DNA of 58,304 bases, filler included, from Sphacelaria rigidula (taxonomy: Eukaryota), in the NCBI GenBank assembly GCA_964200075.2. It is 6 parts of 6 records of this genome, joined end to end, with 100 filler letters (N's around TTAATTAATTAA, not from the genome) between each part and the next. Parts side by side here need not be neighbours in the genome. Positions count along the whole stretch, not along the records: positions 1 to 9,635 come from CAXNAA020008063.1; positions 9,736 to 19,369 come from CAXNAA020008064.1; 4 more parts are not named here. One strand, 5' to 3'. A model generated the notes under the pieces. The model did no database searches. It worked only from the letters and a program-made list of their open reading frames with translations, and was not told the origin of the DNA. Position 1 is the first letter of the stretch. Each line of letters opens with the position of its first letter. A program made the translations under genes and the position numbers. This document shows, piece after piece, positions 1-12,830 of this stretch.

Positions 1-750
1 GTGCGTACATTCCAAGTGGCCACCACCAGCTCTTTGAATCGAGACTCCGCCCTTGCGGTGGTGCGACGGGCGCGAGCCTGAGCCTTGGCGGCGCGCCGGG
101 CTGGTCCTCCTCTTCTTCTCTTCCTCCGTTTTTCTGTGTCCCTTTTCTGTTGGTGTTTGACCCAGCGGTTGTGCGCTATTATCTATTTCCACACACTCTT
201 CCGCCTACGCTGGTTCATGCCTTGTTGTTCCTGCGCGGGGTTCAGCGAACCCCGCACACGTCGACCTCCACCAAGTCGACCTCTGTGCTTAAACGCACGC
301 CGCTGTCTGCTCTCACGGCAGCAATGCTTTCGGCGGTGGCGATGATCAGTCGGATTAGCGACCCCCGCCGGCAGGGGTAAGAAGGCGTGTTCCGACATCA
401 TCGCCATGAAGCAGCAAATGTACGGGTGTTAACCACCGTATGGTGCAGTCAGGAATGCCAGCGCGATGGGCATCCAATCCCACACCACTGTGGTGCGGAG
501 CAGTGCACAGTAGTAGGAGTTACTCTCCGCACAAGCCGAGTGCTGTACTCTCCCAGGAGCCATTGTCTTCGCTGACCTAAACGTGGTCTTGGTGGCTCGG
601 GTCTACGATCGGGGGAGACTTCGACTATGTCACGGGTGTTGAACACCGTACACCTCGCGCGTGTGGGTCACTTTGACAGTGCGAGTCACGTAGCTCCCGC
701 ACGGACGTGGTACGGAGCAGTTTGACAAGTAGGTGTCACTGATTCCCCGC
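1..750 (-). mobile_element. 5' end of an RTE-type LINE (start of the APE endonuclease), running off the left edge
   Basis: The minus frame of ORF 183..407 continues through one stop (183-185) into ...RARRTTARAESRFKELVVATWNVRT (positions 3-20 = ATWNVR), the typical first motif of LINE apurinic endonucleases. Upstream boundary is approximate. Confidence 0.65.
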
Positions 751-1032
751 GCTAGTCAGGGTGCTGCGTATTTCCTTGGACCGCTGCTGTCAGCCGGCCC
801 AACTCGGCCTCAGCGCTCGAGGCCGAGGCCGGGGGAAAACTCACAACCAACAAAAAAGCTGAATGATTACAAAAATGTTGAACGCACGGCCCAATTCGAC
901 GACTCTTGAACTGAAATTTCAGGTAGACCTTCTGCACTCAAAAAACTGATACTTCACCTGAGCAGCTGCAGATTCTCCTTTTTTTCCTGGACTTATGACA
1001 TTATCTTGTTTTTGCTGAAATTTCAAATGCCC

Positions 1033-1299
1033 TGTAGACTCCGGGCAACATTGTTACCGTGGTTTGGTACATGACTGCAGTCGACAAATGCATAGCAGGC
1101 GTTTAAAGGCTGGTTGATGGATAACGGGGCTCAGAGTATGATCGGTGGATTCCGTGATGTATGATGTTTGAACACGAGGTGTGCCGGTCACTTCTGGTTT
1201 TAGCGAAGACTGTTGTTTGTATAACTGCTTGAGTCTTGAAGTCTCTGGAGTCCTTGGCAGGAGGGAAGCCTCTGGAGCGGCACTCTGACCAAGTCTATG
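1033..1299 (+). repeat. 5' LTR
   Basis: Aligns by eye with 4812-5096. Carries a short deletion near its 3' end. Confidence 0.85.
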
Positions 1300-2235
1300 A
1301 TAAACGTTTATTCAGGAAACTTGTCGTTCCTGGATTGGGTTTTTGAAGCCACATCCCATAGTCTGTAAAAGGTGGGACGCTCACGTTGAAAAATAGGAGG
1401 GGAGGAAGCGGTGGAAAGAGAGGCGCTGGTCATATAACCCAAGGCAACTGAAGTGAAGGAGCCTATTGGAAGGGCGGCAGCGCACAGGAGGATGGCAGGA
1501 GGAGAGCCGAGAAGGTTCTGAGGTAGTCCTAGGGTGCGCTTTAGTATCGGGCGATCCAGCCGGGTTGCCCGGAGAACCTGCCAAAAACCGCGGCGCAATT
1601 ACTACTCGAGACGGGAGAATTGTGAGAGGGCTGGTTCAAGGTTGGTCAGTCGCGTTCAAGAAGTGGAGTCTCACGACTTCCAGAACGTGGTGAGACCTGC
1701 GTGAGGAAGAGGCGCTGTGGCCATTGTCGTTTGATGGCCAAGCGCGTCTTGGTGTATGGAAAGTTGTTACTTCTGTGATTGAGAAACAAGGCTGGTTTTT
1801 CTGGAACCGTTGTTGCGCTGTTGAGGTGCTGCTTTGTGATTGTCCACTATGTACACATGTCGTGGTGGCTTGGCGCTTGATGAGAAGCGTGGAGGTAGCG
1901 GCAAACCCTGTTCGACTGTTCAAAATGATGACGCTCAGCAATATGCCATCGTCGATGGTCGTGTTGCTCCTGTACTGGCGCTGGAGGTACCGTACTACGG
2001 CCGCAGGTTTTTGAGCGAGAAATCAGACGAGTGTTCATGAAAATACGAGAAATATGTGCGAGATGTACATCAGGTGAACGCGAGGTGGACAAACCTTTTT
2101 GAGGTGACAGCAGTTTCTGACCTCATGCCGAAACATATTGCGATATGTCTATGTGACACGTTCTTGAAGCATGATTATTACGATGGGTTTCTTTTCGCGT
2201 TCCGCCAGCATGCGTCGTCGAGTGGGGTACATGGC

Positions 2236-2560
2236 ACTGTGAAAGCCGAGAAGCATGTTGTCTGCCCGAGGGGACAGGCACGACAGTGCACCCATTGAAC
2301 GTGCAGTAGGGGGTGCGCGTCTGAAACATCAATACAGGGCAGCTGCTTGCACTGTGAAAGCCGAGAAGCATATGTCTGCTCGAGGGGACAGGCACGACAA
2401 TGCATCCGCTGAACGTGTAGTCGTTGGTGCGCGTCTCGAGCAACGATACAGGGCAGCTGTTTCCACTGTGCAGAGCGGGAAGAAGACACAGCACGTGTCT
2501 GTCAAACGGGGAAGGCATGAGAGCGCGCCCGCTGACAGTACCACAGTAAGCACTGGTTTG
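2236..2560 (+). repeat. ~114-bp tandem repeat (about 3 copies) inside the LTR element
   Basis: CACTGTGAAAGCCGAGAAGCAT...CAGGGCAGCTG unit recurs at ~2236, ~2350 and ~2464. Confidence 0.75.
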
Positions 2561-4811
2561 CATGCTGCTGGTATTGCTGTTGAAGGGGGCGAACATACCA
2601 CGCAGCTCGAGCGGACTGCAGGCAGCTCAGCTGCCGCTGTTGCCGTTCAGAAGTGCCCTGGGCAGGAGGTGGTGGCTGAAGCGGGTATATTTGAACCGGT
2701 CGTCGCTGCCGCTACCGTTGAAAGGGCGAAGACAATTTGCTTCGATGAGCTAGCGCTGAGAGGCAAAGATCCTAGTTGCTTGTGGTCGCCGGACCAGCGC
2801 GTAATTGGGGACACACCTTGCATGCTCACTGCTGCAAGGGAGTGTTATCTTTGTGATGAGAGAGTAGAGCAAGCGTGGGGCTTGCGATGCTCAGGGCGAG
2901 TCTATCTACTGCACTGATTCGGCGAGAGATTATTCAGATGATTTGCAGCGGTCTGCTTGCAGGAAAAGTGGATGCGGGTTGACGGATGTGGATTCGCTGG
3001 ATTGCGTGATGTTGCGATGGTCGTCCGCATTGCTGTTTACATGGACAGCTTTGGCGTTTACGGCGGCGATGGCGGAGGTGTCTCCACTGTTGCGCGCGGG
3101 ATGTTTAGTGGCGAGCTGAGCGGCTCCACGAGGGTGCGAGCTGTAGCTGGACTCATGGCGCGAGGAACATTGCTCCATGGTGGGCACAGGATCGTGATTC
3201 GAGTGCTGATGTTTCTCAGGAGCGGGCTGGAGGACTACAAAGACGGCACTGCCTTAGGTGCTTGCTGTTGTGGTGAGCGCCGAGTTGGGTGCTGAGGTTG
3301 AGGAGCAAGTGCTGAGGTGATTGAGTGCTTGTTAAAAATGAGGAGACACATTGTGACTGGTATTTCCCAAACGTTCTGAAAATGATCGTAGCTTGTTATT
3401 GTGTGGGTTGTGGTCATGTTTGCGCACGAATTATGCTTATTGAGCGAGTATGATCGTATCGCGTGTGTAGGGTGAATTTCTGGTGTACACGTGGACATTG
3501 GGGATGTGTATCCTGTGCTGATCTGGTTGGTAGGGATTATGCATGGTGTTTGCTGCGAGGAAGGTCGCATTGCATGTGCAGGGTGAAATGCTGGCATGCA
3601 TGTGTGGAATTTTCGCTACAGGATGATACTAGTGCGCATGGTATCTGGCGAAGAGTCAGAGTGAGGCAGTTTTCAATATACTGCTGTATGCTGGATGAGG
3701 TGAACCTCGTATATTCCTGTTCACACAGACACGCGGCGGAGTTCTCTGTGTGCAGTATGGGGGTACTGACTGTAAGAGATGGTGATTGCTACTGTTGGCG
3801 TTAAAATGGGCAGTAACTACGAAATGAGTAGGCTCGTATGTGTGCAAGGAAAACGCGAGTGTTTCTTGCGGTTGATGATGAGTGACGTTTAGCTATGGAA
3901 CGTCTTTTGAGGGAATATTTCACTTCCATCTGGAAGAATAATGTGGATGGAGTCTCCGTTTGTCTAAGGGAGCGGTGCAGGTGAGCTGCAAGTCTGTTGG
4001 GACATTAACTGCATTTTACATCGCGGTTAATCGACCGATGGGATATCACAGTCCTGAGAACAAGTCAGGATATTATATCTGGGTGGTTTCTGGGATGTAC
4101 TCGGTAAAAACGAGTTTGATAACGATATCACTGCGGATGATCAATGATGGCGGAGGTCGAGGTCCGTTTACCGTTGTTGGATTAGTCTACATGGCTTGAA
4201 AAGCGGTTTGAGTCATGGCTTTCTTTCAGTATGCTCATGAGTTGAGTGGCGCAATGAAGCTTTGAAGCTTTCACGAAGAAGAGGTGTGCGATGCATACGT
4301 TTTCACGGAGTGGAACAAGCAAGAGACCGGCTGCGTTCTAGACGCGTTGGAGACTTATTTGCTTATAGTTTCAGGTATACTGCTTGGCTGTTGCACTCCG
4401 TTGCGCAGGTGTTGAACGTACTAAAGTGTATTTTGTATGATGAACGGCATCGAATACGAGAGACGATTTGTCACGATGACTTGAGAATTTGAAATTCGTT
4501 CACGTTTGAGATTGTTTTGCCGGTTTGGAGTCAGGAGACGTGTTTGGGGTATGGGCTTAAGAATCGGGCGTTAGCTATCGCTCCGTGACTCGGAGCGATG
4601 CAAGTAGCGTGATTGCGTGTTCATGATGGACGTTTTGGATCTCTTGCGAGTTGTGCGGAAACTGGACAAGCTTATATGGCTGTTATCGTATACTGCGGTA
4701 GGGATTGCCACTGTAGGTGAAAATTGACGGCAGACTTCGGCAACAATGATGTCTGAGTCTATGAAGCTCTAGGTGGACTCCCTGGTGATAGTGAGCGAGC
4801 TTTGGGGGTGC

Positions 4812-5096
4812 TGTAGACTCCGGGCAACATTGTTACCGTGGTTTGGTACATGACTGCAGTCGAGAAAATGCATAGCAGGTGTTTATAGGCTGGTTGATGG
4901 ATAACGGGGCTTAGAGTATGATCGGTAGACTCTGTGATATATGATGTTTGAACACGAGGTGCGCCGGTCACTTCTGGTTTTGACGAAGACTGCTGTTTGT
5001 ATCACTGTTCAAGTCTTGAAGTCTCTGGAGCCCTTGACAGGGAGGAAGCCTCTGGAGCAGCACTCTGACCTTGTTCTGATTTCAGACAAGTCTATA
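4812..5096 (+). repeat. 3' LTR
   Basis: Direct repeat of 1033-1299, followed by TSD GCCC. Confidence 0.85.
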
Positions 5097-5168
5097 GCCC
5101 ATAACTCCTTATTTTTGTTTTCTTTGCTGCTCACGTGATATCTTGCATTTCGATCATAAAAACCTGCT

Positions 5169-7698
5169 AACAGTGGATCCTAGAAAATGGGGTTTATACA
5201 AAATATGGGGTTGAAATGGCATTCCTCGTTTGCAGGGAAGACGCGAAACACTTGCAACCGAGCGAAGCCATCTTCCTCCCCAAATGTTCGCAGTAGTTGA
5301 GCAGCTGTGGCTAGGTGCACCTAAGGAATGCAGTGTACACGCGTGTCGACGACGACATCACTAGAAGGAGAAGCAACGGCAGAGAGGCAGCTCCTCGCCC
5401 GTGTCCTTTGTGTGTCCTCGCTCAGCGATTACCAATCGCTTGAGAAACTGGCACCATCGATGTTATTACACCACCATGTGCCAATTTTTTCATGTGCCTA
5501 AACTACATCGGCGTGCGCAGAGATTCCGTCGTCTCTTTTTGCCTGTCGAACTCACGAGTGCGAAGATCGATTCCTCTCTGCAACTCCTTTCGGACAGGAC
5601 TCGCCTCTGTGCGCTGAAAAACATGTCGTTGAAAACAGGGCAACGTTCTCGTCACCGCTACTAGTGTTCTCTGTCACACACATGCCAGGAAGGGCGGTGG
5701 TGCGGCAATAAGAGATATATCCAATTTTACATTAGGGGGTGTTATTCATCGTTGATTTTCGCCGACCTCCCCCAACCGGGTGGCTGAGCAGAAGGACCTG
5801 CCACACGCCAGTTAAGGGGGGGATGATGGGAGATCAAACACATGTCGAGACCTTTTTGACATGCGGAGTGAAAAACGATATCTATGGTGGTGACCTAACT
5901 GTTGCTAGCGTGGCACATAGGCAACCTGCAGCACATGCTGGTCGCGTGGACGGCTCGGTACAGTACGAGTAGTAGCTTCCCATAAGTAATAATTATTCCG
6001 ATGTCAGGAGGTCATGAAATATCACAAGTTGGGGAGAGAGACGAGAGTGCTCTGCAATCAACCGCATGTCGTTGCATTGGAGCCCCGCGCCATCAATCGC
6101 CGACAGCAAGAGTCTTGTGGCTTTCACGCGAGGCTGCCGGCAGTACGGCAGGCAAACCAGATCATAGCTATCTTTCGTTGCTCTAGCGCGTACTCCCGTC
6201 TGCTCAGAGGTGGTCACGGTAACAAACTGCACCAAAGTCGCAACATCTGTGAAGGCTAGAGAGTTTGACTTCTATGAACTGCATCCACACAATTCAAACG
6301 GCTCTCAAAACCTGAGGGAAGACGGCTTCTCTGTCCCCCAGCCAAGCATTGATGAACGAGGAAAGACTTTTGACAGGCTGATACAACATAAATGGGGCCC
6401 GGAGAAGTTTCTTTCCATCAAAATTCGTGTTTCCCAACCTGCAAAGTGTTCCATGCGCATTGTTTTCCAATACGAACGGTAGCTTGTCGATTACTGTTCT
6501 GTTCTTCAAGGACTGCGTGATGCCGATTCCTGAAAAGTTTGGTGTTGCTGTTCGATGGTATCCTCGGATGTTCAAGTGGATCCGAAGCGGCCACCTTCCC
6601 TCAGATTTGGAGAGCCGTAAGAACGGACCATAGGCAGCTTTTATCAGTATGATGTACATGTACACACACCCCAACTGGCCTGTGGCAGGCTCTTGTGCTC
6701 ATGTCGGGTAAAATCAACGACGAATGACACCCCCCAAGCTCAAATTAGATCATCTGTTACTTTTGTCGCGCAGCGCACCGTCCTCGCTGACGTGTGCGTG
6801 ACAGAGGTCAGTAGTAGCGGTGACGGGAACATTGCTCAGTTTTTCAGCGCACAGAAGCGCGTCCTGTCCAAAAAGAGGGGCAGAGAGAAATGGATCTTCG
6901 CATTGGTGACCTCCAGAGACAAAGAGAGGAAATCCCTCCGCAGCTCGATGTGCTTTGGGGATACCTACAGACACATGAGAAATTTGGCACGTGCTGGTGA
7001 CATGCATGATGCTAGTCTCTCGAGCTATTGGTAATCACCCAGCGAGGAACCACAAAGGATACGGCGAGGAGCTTCCTCTCTACCGTTGCTTCTCTCTCTG
7101 GTGATATCGTCGTCGTTCGGTGCATTTAGCCACAACTAATAGTGGATTTTCGAAAATGGGGTTGAAAAAATAGTGAGGTTCGACTCAAAAGCCTTGCTTT
7201 CCCTTACCTTAATTCATGACAAGTGACTTTCATATGGACCACCCCATTCCTGCCGACCTCTCTGAAACTATTTCGGGGGATTTATAGCTTTCCATTCCCC
7301 CGAAGGGTATGTGCGAAAGCACATTTTTGCCTCGATTGCGGGGTGAAAAAAAGACGTTTCTTGTCCCCAAAATCGTGCTTTCGTACACACCTCTTGGGGC
7401 AACGGAAGGCTAGAAATCCGCCGAAATAGTTTTAGGGAGGTCGGGAGAGATGGGGTGGTCCATATGAAAGTCGTTTGTCATTAATTCAGGACAGGGAAAG
7501 CACGGCTTTTGAGTTGAACCTCATTTTTTTCTACCCCCATTTCCGAGAATCCACTGTTAGCTAATGACTCACAGTTGCGGAGTTTGGGGGGGAAAGATGG
7601 TTTCGCTCTGTAATACTGTTTCGCGTCGTCCCTGCAATAAAAATATGCCACGTGAACCTCATTTTTGAGATGAACCTGATTTTTCAGGATCCGCTGTT
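5169..7698. mobile_element. Foldback-type DNA element with ~500-bp terminal inverted repeats
   Basis: 5169-~5690 (AACAGTGGATCC...GCGCTGAAAAAC) is the reverse complement of ~6790-7137 plus 7560-7698 (...GGATCCGCTGTT). The right arm is interrupted by a MITE. Confidence 0.75.
7138..7558. mobile_element. Palindromic MITE (~190-bp TIRs) with the same AACAGTGGAT-type terminus, nested in the right TIR of the larger element
   Basis: AATAGTGGATTTTCGAAAATGGGG...CATATGGACCACCCCAT... mirrors ...ATGGGGTGGTCCATATG...CCCCATTTCCGAGAATCCACTGTT. Confidence 0.85.
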
Positions 7699-7927
7699 GT
7701 TGCTCCCCGTATGACCCGTGCCAGAATAGCGCGTACGTATTTCCGTACCGGTCCGTCTCCGTACGCCTTCCGTAATTCCTCATCCCATACTGGTGAATAC
7801 TGGTGATACTGCGTATCGCGCAGCCTAATACTGGCGGATACTGATGATACCGGGTAATTCGCCGCCTAATACTGACAGTTCGTGGTTAGTCTCGAAGCAT
7901 CAACCCATCTCTCCTCCGGTCTATTTA

Positions 7928-8110
7928 TCAGGAGTAGGAACGGTGCTTCATCTCGAAAGAAGGCGTGGTCAACGGTGAAACGGCTAAGGCAAGCAAAGAA
8001 GGAGCACGCCCCCTTCCCCCCCCAGTACATGCCGTGCTCCGTCTCGAAAGGGATGCGTGGTCAATGGTCAAACGACTAAGGCAAGCAACAAATGAGTACG
8101 CCCCCCCCTA
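7928..8110 (+). repeat. Two tandem copies of a LINE 3'-tail repeat
   Basis: GCTCCGTCTCGAAAGGGATGCGTGGTCAATGGTCAAACGACTAAGGCAAGCAACAAATGAGTAC also occurs at 48504-48571 and at the end of the LINE fragment at 52800-52885. Confidence 0.75.
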
Positions 8111-8439
8111 GTACACGCCATGCAATCTGGTATCGCGGATTGGTTCAGCACTGTCGCACCGCATCGACTCTCGTCAAATAGACGGTCTTAACGCGTCCCA
8201 TATTCTCGCGTTTTCAAGACGAAAGACAGACACTTTCAGAGATGACCCGAACACATTCGTGGGGGCCCGAAGCCACATTTCTCCAACCTCATGGCGTGTG
8301 TTGTTTTGTAGACCGGCGAAGGCGCGGCGGCTATTATACTTTTTCAATACTTGACGCATTATTTTCCCATATATTTGTGTAGTCGATGTCGTCGTGAGCG
8401 TACGAGCTGGGCCGGCCCGGAAGCGAATTTGTAGTTTGC

Positions 8440-8715
8440 AGGCCCATTAACCGGCCAATATTTAGATTTGGACCCTAACATTGGGTATGGACGATGGACG
8501 AGGCATAATAAAAACCAATACCAGTGCACAGAAGCTTTTATTTTTATGTTTCATGAGTTAAGGGCATTTTACTGATACCTGAAAACTGATTATTGCCCTC
8601 AACTCATGAAAAAAAAAAAACTTGTGTGCACTGGCATTTGTTTTATTATGCCATATTCATTGTCCAAACAAAACTTCAGGGTCCAACTCTAAATATTGGC
8701 CGGTTAATAGGCCGT
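8440..8715. mobile_element. Foldback MITE (~130-bp inverted arms)
   Basis: GGCCCATTAACCGGCCAATATTTAGA...CAGTGCACA...TCATGAGTT mirrored by AACTCATGA...TGTGCACTG...TCTAAATATTGGCCGGTTAATAGGCC. Confidence 0.75.
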
Positions 8716-9635
8716 TTAGTGACGGGGTCAGAAGAAATTCGGAATAGTATTTTGCAGGCCACTTACCGGCCCACGTTTGGTGTTTGTGTATTGAAACTAT
8801 GTGTGGGTCGTGGCTAGGGCATAATTGACAAAAAAAAATGGCTCAGGTTGATTTTGTTTAATTTTTTTCACTGGTTTACAGAGTTTTAGTGTGGAAGCAA
8901 CCATTTTTTTTACGAGAACGCCCAAACCTCTCAAATTGAGGGCCCCTTTTTTTTCATTCAGCATACATTTGTGATTCTTCATCCTGAGTTTCAAATCATA
9001 ATTCTAAAATTGAGCTAATATATTGAGAGAAGATCGAAGAGCAGTGGTCATTTTCCCCCAAAACTGCCCTAAAAACGGGAAAAAAATAATAACAAGAACG
9101 GAAAAATCAAAAGACTGTTTCTGTTAGCTTTGTTATGCACCATTGGTTGTCCATACGAAATTTCACAGCATAACTCTCATGAACTGAGACACGATGTCCA
9201 AATTTAGTTCATCTAGTGCCTCTGCTCATAATATATTGATTTTAGCAGAGAACCTTAAATTCGCCATATGTTGAGATAGACAGCGAATTAGATTAAGGTG
9301 GGAGTATCTATCGTCTCCCCGTGCTCCAGGGAATGTCCACACCAAAAATCGTAATCCGCTGAATGCGTCGATCGGGGTTTCATACAGATTTCAGCGTGGA
9401 CGCTATCTCCGCTAGGTATAGGAACTATTAGAGACATGGGATTTAATCAACGAGAAAATGGTGGCTCAGAATTTTGAGCAGGTGAGCACCTTCTCCTTAA
9501 TTAGACCATGAATATGGTACGCGGATCGACACTTTCCACGATAGTCCCCCCAAAAAAACCAGCTAAAAACAGCCGATCTTATATTTTGGGGTTCATACAA
9601 AATATGGGGCTGAAGTGGCATATCTGTCTTGCACG

Positions 9636-9735
9636 NNNNNNNNNNNNNNNNNNNNNNNNNNNNNNNNNNNNNNNNNNNNTTAATTAATTAANNNNNNNNN
9701 NNNNNNNNNNNNNNNNNNNNNNNNNNNNNNNNNNN
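9636..9735. other. Artificial 100-nt linker (N44-TTAATTAATTAA-N44)
   Basis: Identical linkers at 9636, 19370, 29104, 38838 and 48572, spaced exactly 9734 nt apart. Confidence 0.95.
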
Positions 9736-10226
9736 GGCTCTACTCCTGCCATCCTCCTGCGCGCTGCCATCCTTCCAAAAGGCTCCTTCCCTTCAGTTGC
9801 CTTGGCTTATATGATCAGTGTCTCTCTTTCCGCCGCTTTCTGCCCCCCTGTTTTCAACGTGAGCGTCCCCCGTTCTACAGCCTGTGGAGTGCAGCTTCAA
9901 AACCCCTTTCCAGAAAGGACAAGTTTCTTGAATAAACGTTTATTGTGAACCTGCCTGGAATTAAAACAAGGCTACGGTGCTGCTCCAGAAACTTCCTCCC
10001 TGTCACGGGCTCCAGAGACTTCAAGACTTGAAGCAGTCATACAAACGGCAGTCTTCGTTAACCAGAACTAAGCTTGCACCTCGTGTGCAAACATCATACA
10101 TCACGGAGCCCACCGACCATACTCCCAGACCCGTTATCCATCAACCAGACTACAAACGCCTGCTATGCATTTTCACCACTGCAGGCATGTACCAAATCAA
10201 GGTAACAGTGTTGCCCGGAGTTTACA
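9736..10226 (-). mobile_element. Third, inverted copy of the LTR (9944-10226) plus adjacent internal sequence, cut by the linker
   Basis: Reverse complement begins TGTAAACTCCGGGCAACACTGTTACC and ends ...GGTTCACA, followed by ATAAACGTTTATTC as at 1300. Confidence 0.85.
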
Positions 10227-10239
10227 CCCTCTAAACCAG

Positions 10240-12830
10240 ACATTGTTTTGCGCAAAAAGTGCACCCCTACCGTTGGGTGCATCTTGGCCTGCAGCTTTTG
10301 CGTGCCGTGTCGCTACCCCTGCGTCATCCTTTTAGCACAAGCCGCAATAAACCCTTTTGCTCCCTGTTCGACGCAGCTGTGTCACTCTACTGGATTCAAG
10401 GCTCTGGTAGCCCACCCCTGCCATTCTATACCGAACGACTTCATGTCTTCCGCTAGGCAGCGGATCCAGTCCTTGTGCCTGCCGTTAAACTTTCCTTCTT
10501 GTCCCTTCATGGCTATCGTTTCACCGAACATGACGTTTTTCGGTATTCGTTCGGGTGACGTGCGCGTGACGTAACCGGCGAAATGGAGTCTGCTCTCCCT
10601 CACCGTCATCTCGATGCTTTCGCACCCTGTCCTCGCGAGGGTCTCTCGGTATGATAGAACGTGGCCTGTGAGATTGCACTTGTGCCATCCAAGACAGCGC
10701 CTGAGCAACGCATGGTGGGCCGTGCGCAGTAGATTGTAGTGGCCGTTGAGAGGGGTCCATGTGACCCACCCGTAGAGGAGCGCTTCGACAGCTTCGGCTT
10801 TGATCATGCGGACCTTGAGGTGGACGGCCGCGTTCGGTCGATTGTACCGTTGGACTTTGTACTGGTGGTAGCTCGACCATGCCCCTTGTACGCGTTTTTT
10901 TATTTCCACCTAGGGGTCGCCGCTCTCCGTAATTGACCCCCCCCCAGTATACGAAGTTGTCTGTTTGTTCGTATACGTGGCCAGCCGCGTTGATGTCGAG
11001 GTGCCCCGCCTGTGAGTGCAGTCGCGTGGTCTTTGTCTTTGCATCCGACACGGTCAACCCGCACTCTCCGTAAATCGTCACAATCACCGTGATCATTTTT
11101 TCGAGGTTCGATGGTGTCCGCGAGACGCTGCAGGCGTCATCGGCGTACAGCATACTCCATGATAATCGTTCCTCTTCCGCCGCGATTGCTGTGGCCACGT
11201 CGGGCTCGACCCATGCTACCGCACATTCCTATTGGAAATCTCCCTTTTCGCACTTTCGGGCTCGAACCAGGTCCCCCGAGATGTTCAGGGTCCTCGCGGA
11301 AGGTTGCCAGGGCCACCGTGAGTACTGCCGTGGAGAAAATGTTGAACAGCAGTGGTGCTAGGACGCATCCCTGTCGGAGGCCCCGGTCGATGTCGAACAA
11401 TCCCGAGTATTCCCCGTCGTTCGTGCGCACCCGAGCTTGCATACCCTCGCGGAATTGGCGAATGATCGAGAGCATGATGGGTGGGACGCCACAGCGTTCC
11501 AGAATTTTCTACAGCAATGGGCGGTCGACAGAATCGTATGCTTTCGTGAGGTCGACGAAACACATGTAGAGCGGGATCTGTCGTCTGCGGCCAAGTTCCT
11601 GGAGTCATCGGACGGTGAAAATGATGTGGACGGTTGAGCGTCCGGGGCAGTAGCCGCACAGTTCTTCAGGCAGAACTCCATTGAACTCGCAGTAGGTGCT
11701 TAGGCGGCGGGCGATTATCTTGAGGAGAACCTTGCCGGAATGTGACAAGTGAAATTCTTCTGTAGTTTCCGCAATCTATCCGATCGCCCTTCATGTGGAG
11801 CACGATGATGATGGCATCCTTCCATTCTTGTGGTACGGCTGCTCCGCTCCAGATGTCAGCAATGATAGCGTGGAATCTTTGTGGTCGGCTAGTGTTGTCG
11901 CCGTCGAGGATTATCTTCAGCAGTTCAGCCGGCAGTTCATCTGGGCCAACGGCTTTTCCGTTGAAGATAGATCGTATGGCATCCACTGTCTCGTCTATCG
12001 TAGGCACTTCGTCTAGCGATGTGCTCAGAAGTCGCGCCCGGAGTTGGTCGATGATTGCTGGGTTGAGGCGGGGCGACTCGGTGTTGAGGAGAGTGTGAAA
12101 CCACTGTACCCACCGCGGGCGGATGAGCTTCCCGTCTCTGAGCAGTTGACCCTTGTTGTCGCGGATATATTGCTGCTGTGAGCTACATGGTTTCCTCCCT
12201 TCAATATCGATTCCCTTCAGGTGCCTGTAAAAACTGCGTTGGTCACCTCTCGCGATGTGCGCTTCAAGTCGGCTGACGTAAGTCTCGACAAAACTCTCCA
12301 CCGCATGTGCTCTAACACGACAAAGTTCCTCGTTGGCCTTCTTCGAAACTTTCTTGAGGTTGGAGTCAGTGGGCGTTGACATCGACGCCCTACATGCTTT
12401 TACCCTCGACATCCATGCAGCGTGGGAGCCTCGTTGGTTTCTCTCCTGGGGCGCAGTGTACTGCGGCGGATATCATCTTGGTGAGGCATGTAGCCATATC
12501 AGCGGTGGTGAAATAGACACTGCTCCGTGCGTGCTTGTTATCAGACATGATTTCGGGGGCAGCAGTCCCGATATGCCTCGTACGGTTCCACCACCGCATC
12601 GTTTCTTGTGCTTACACACGTGTAGATACCTAGCAGCTCTACTCTCCTTGCTACGTATCCCACGCTTTCGGCAATGGTTACCTGGTGCCGCTGCCGCTGC
12701 CGTCGGCTGTGTACCCGCAGCAAATTTTGCCGTTGAGAAAACCTCCGTCGGGAAAAATTCCGCCGCATCAGGATTCAGCGCCGCCATCATTGTCGAGCGA
12801 AAGCAGCAGGTAGGGCAGCAAGACAGTCGC
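10240..12830 (-). mobile_element. RTE-clade LINE, frameshifted reverse transcriptase pseudogene with the endonuclease deleted
   Basis: Motifs across broken frames: [99 protein letters not shown]. Confidence 0.93.

Larger units (their letters stand above)
1033..5096 (+). mobile_element. Non-autonomous/decayed LTR retrotransposon (LARD-like, probably Ty3/gypsy-derived)
   Basis: Direct repeats at 1033-1299 and 4812-5096 both start TGTAGACTCCGGGCAAC. 4-bp TSD GCCC at 1029-1032 and 5097-5100. G-rich tract (TTTGGGGGTGC) just before the 3' LTR. Interior has only stop-ridden, possibly gag-like remnants (KYEKYVRDVHQVN..., ~2040) and no recognisable RT or integrase. Confidence 0.85.

Noticed and set aside
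2255..2917. 220-aa ORF as a host gene
   Set aside because: It is produced by tandem repeats inside the LTR element, with no domain signature.
5097..5110. Copia-type primer site (reverse complement of GCCCATAAC)
   Set aside because: It lies outside the LTR pair and overlaps the TSD, so it is flanking DNA.
9636..9735. TTAATTAATTAA as a biological motif (PacI/piggyBac site)
   Set aside because: It is embedded in N runs and repeats at an exact period, so it is an artificial linker.
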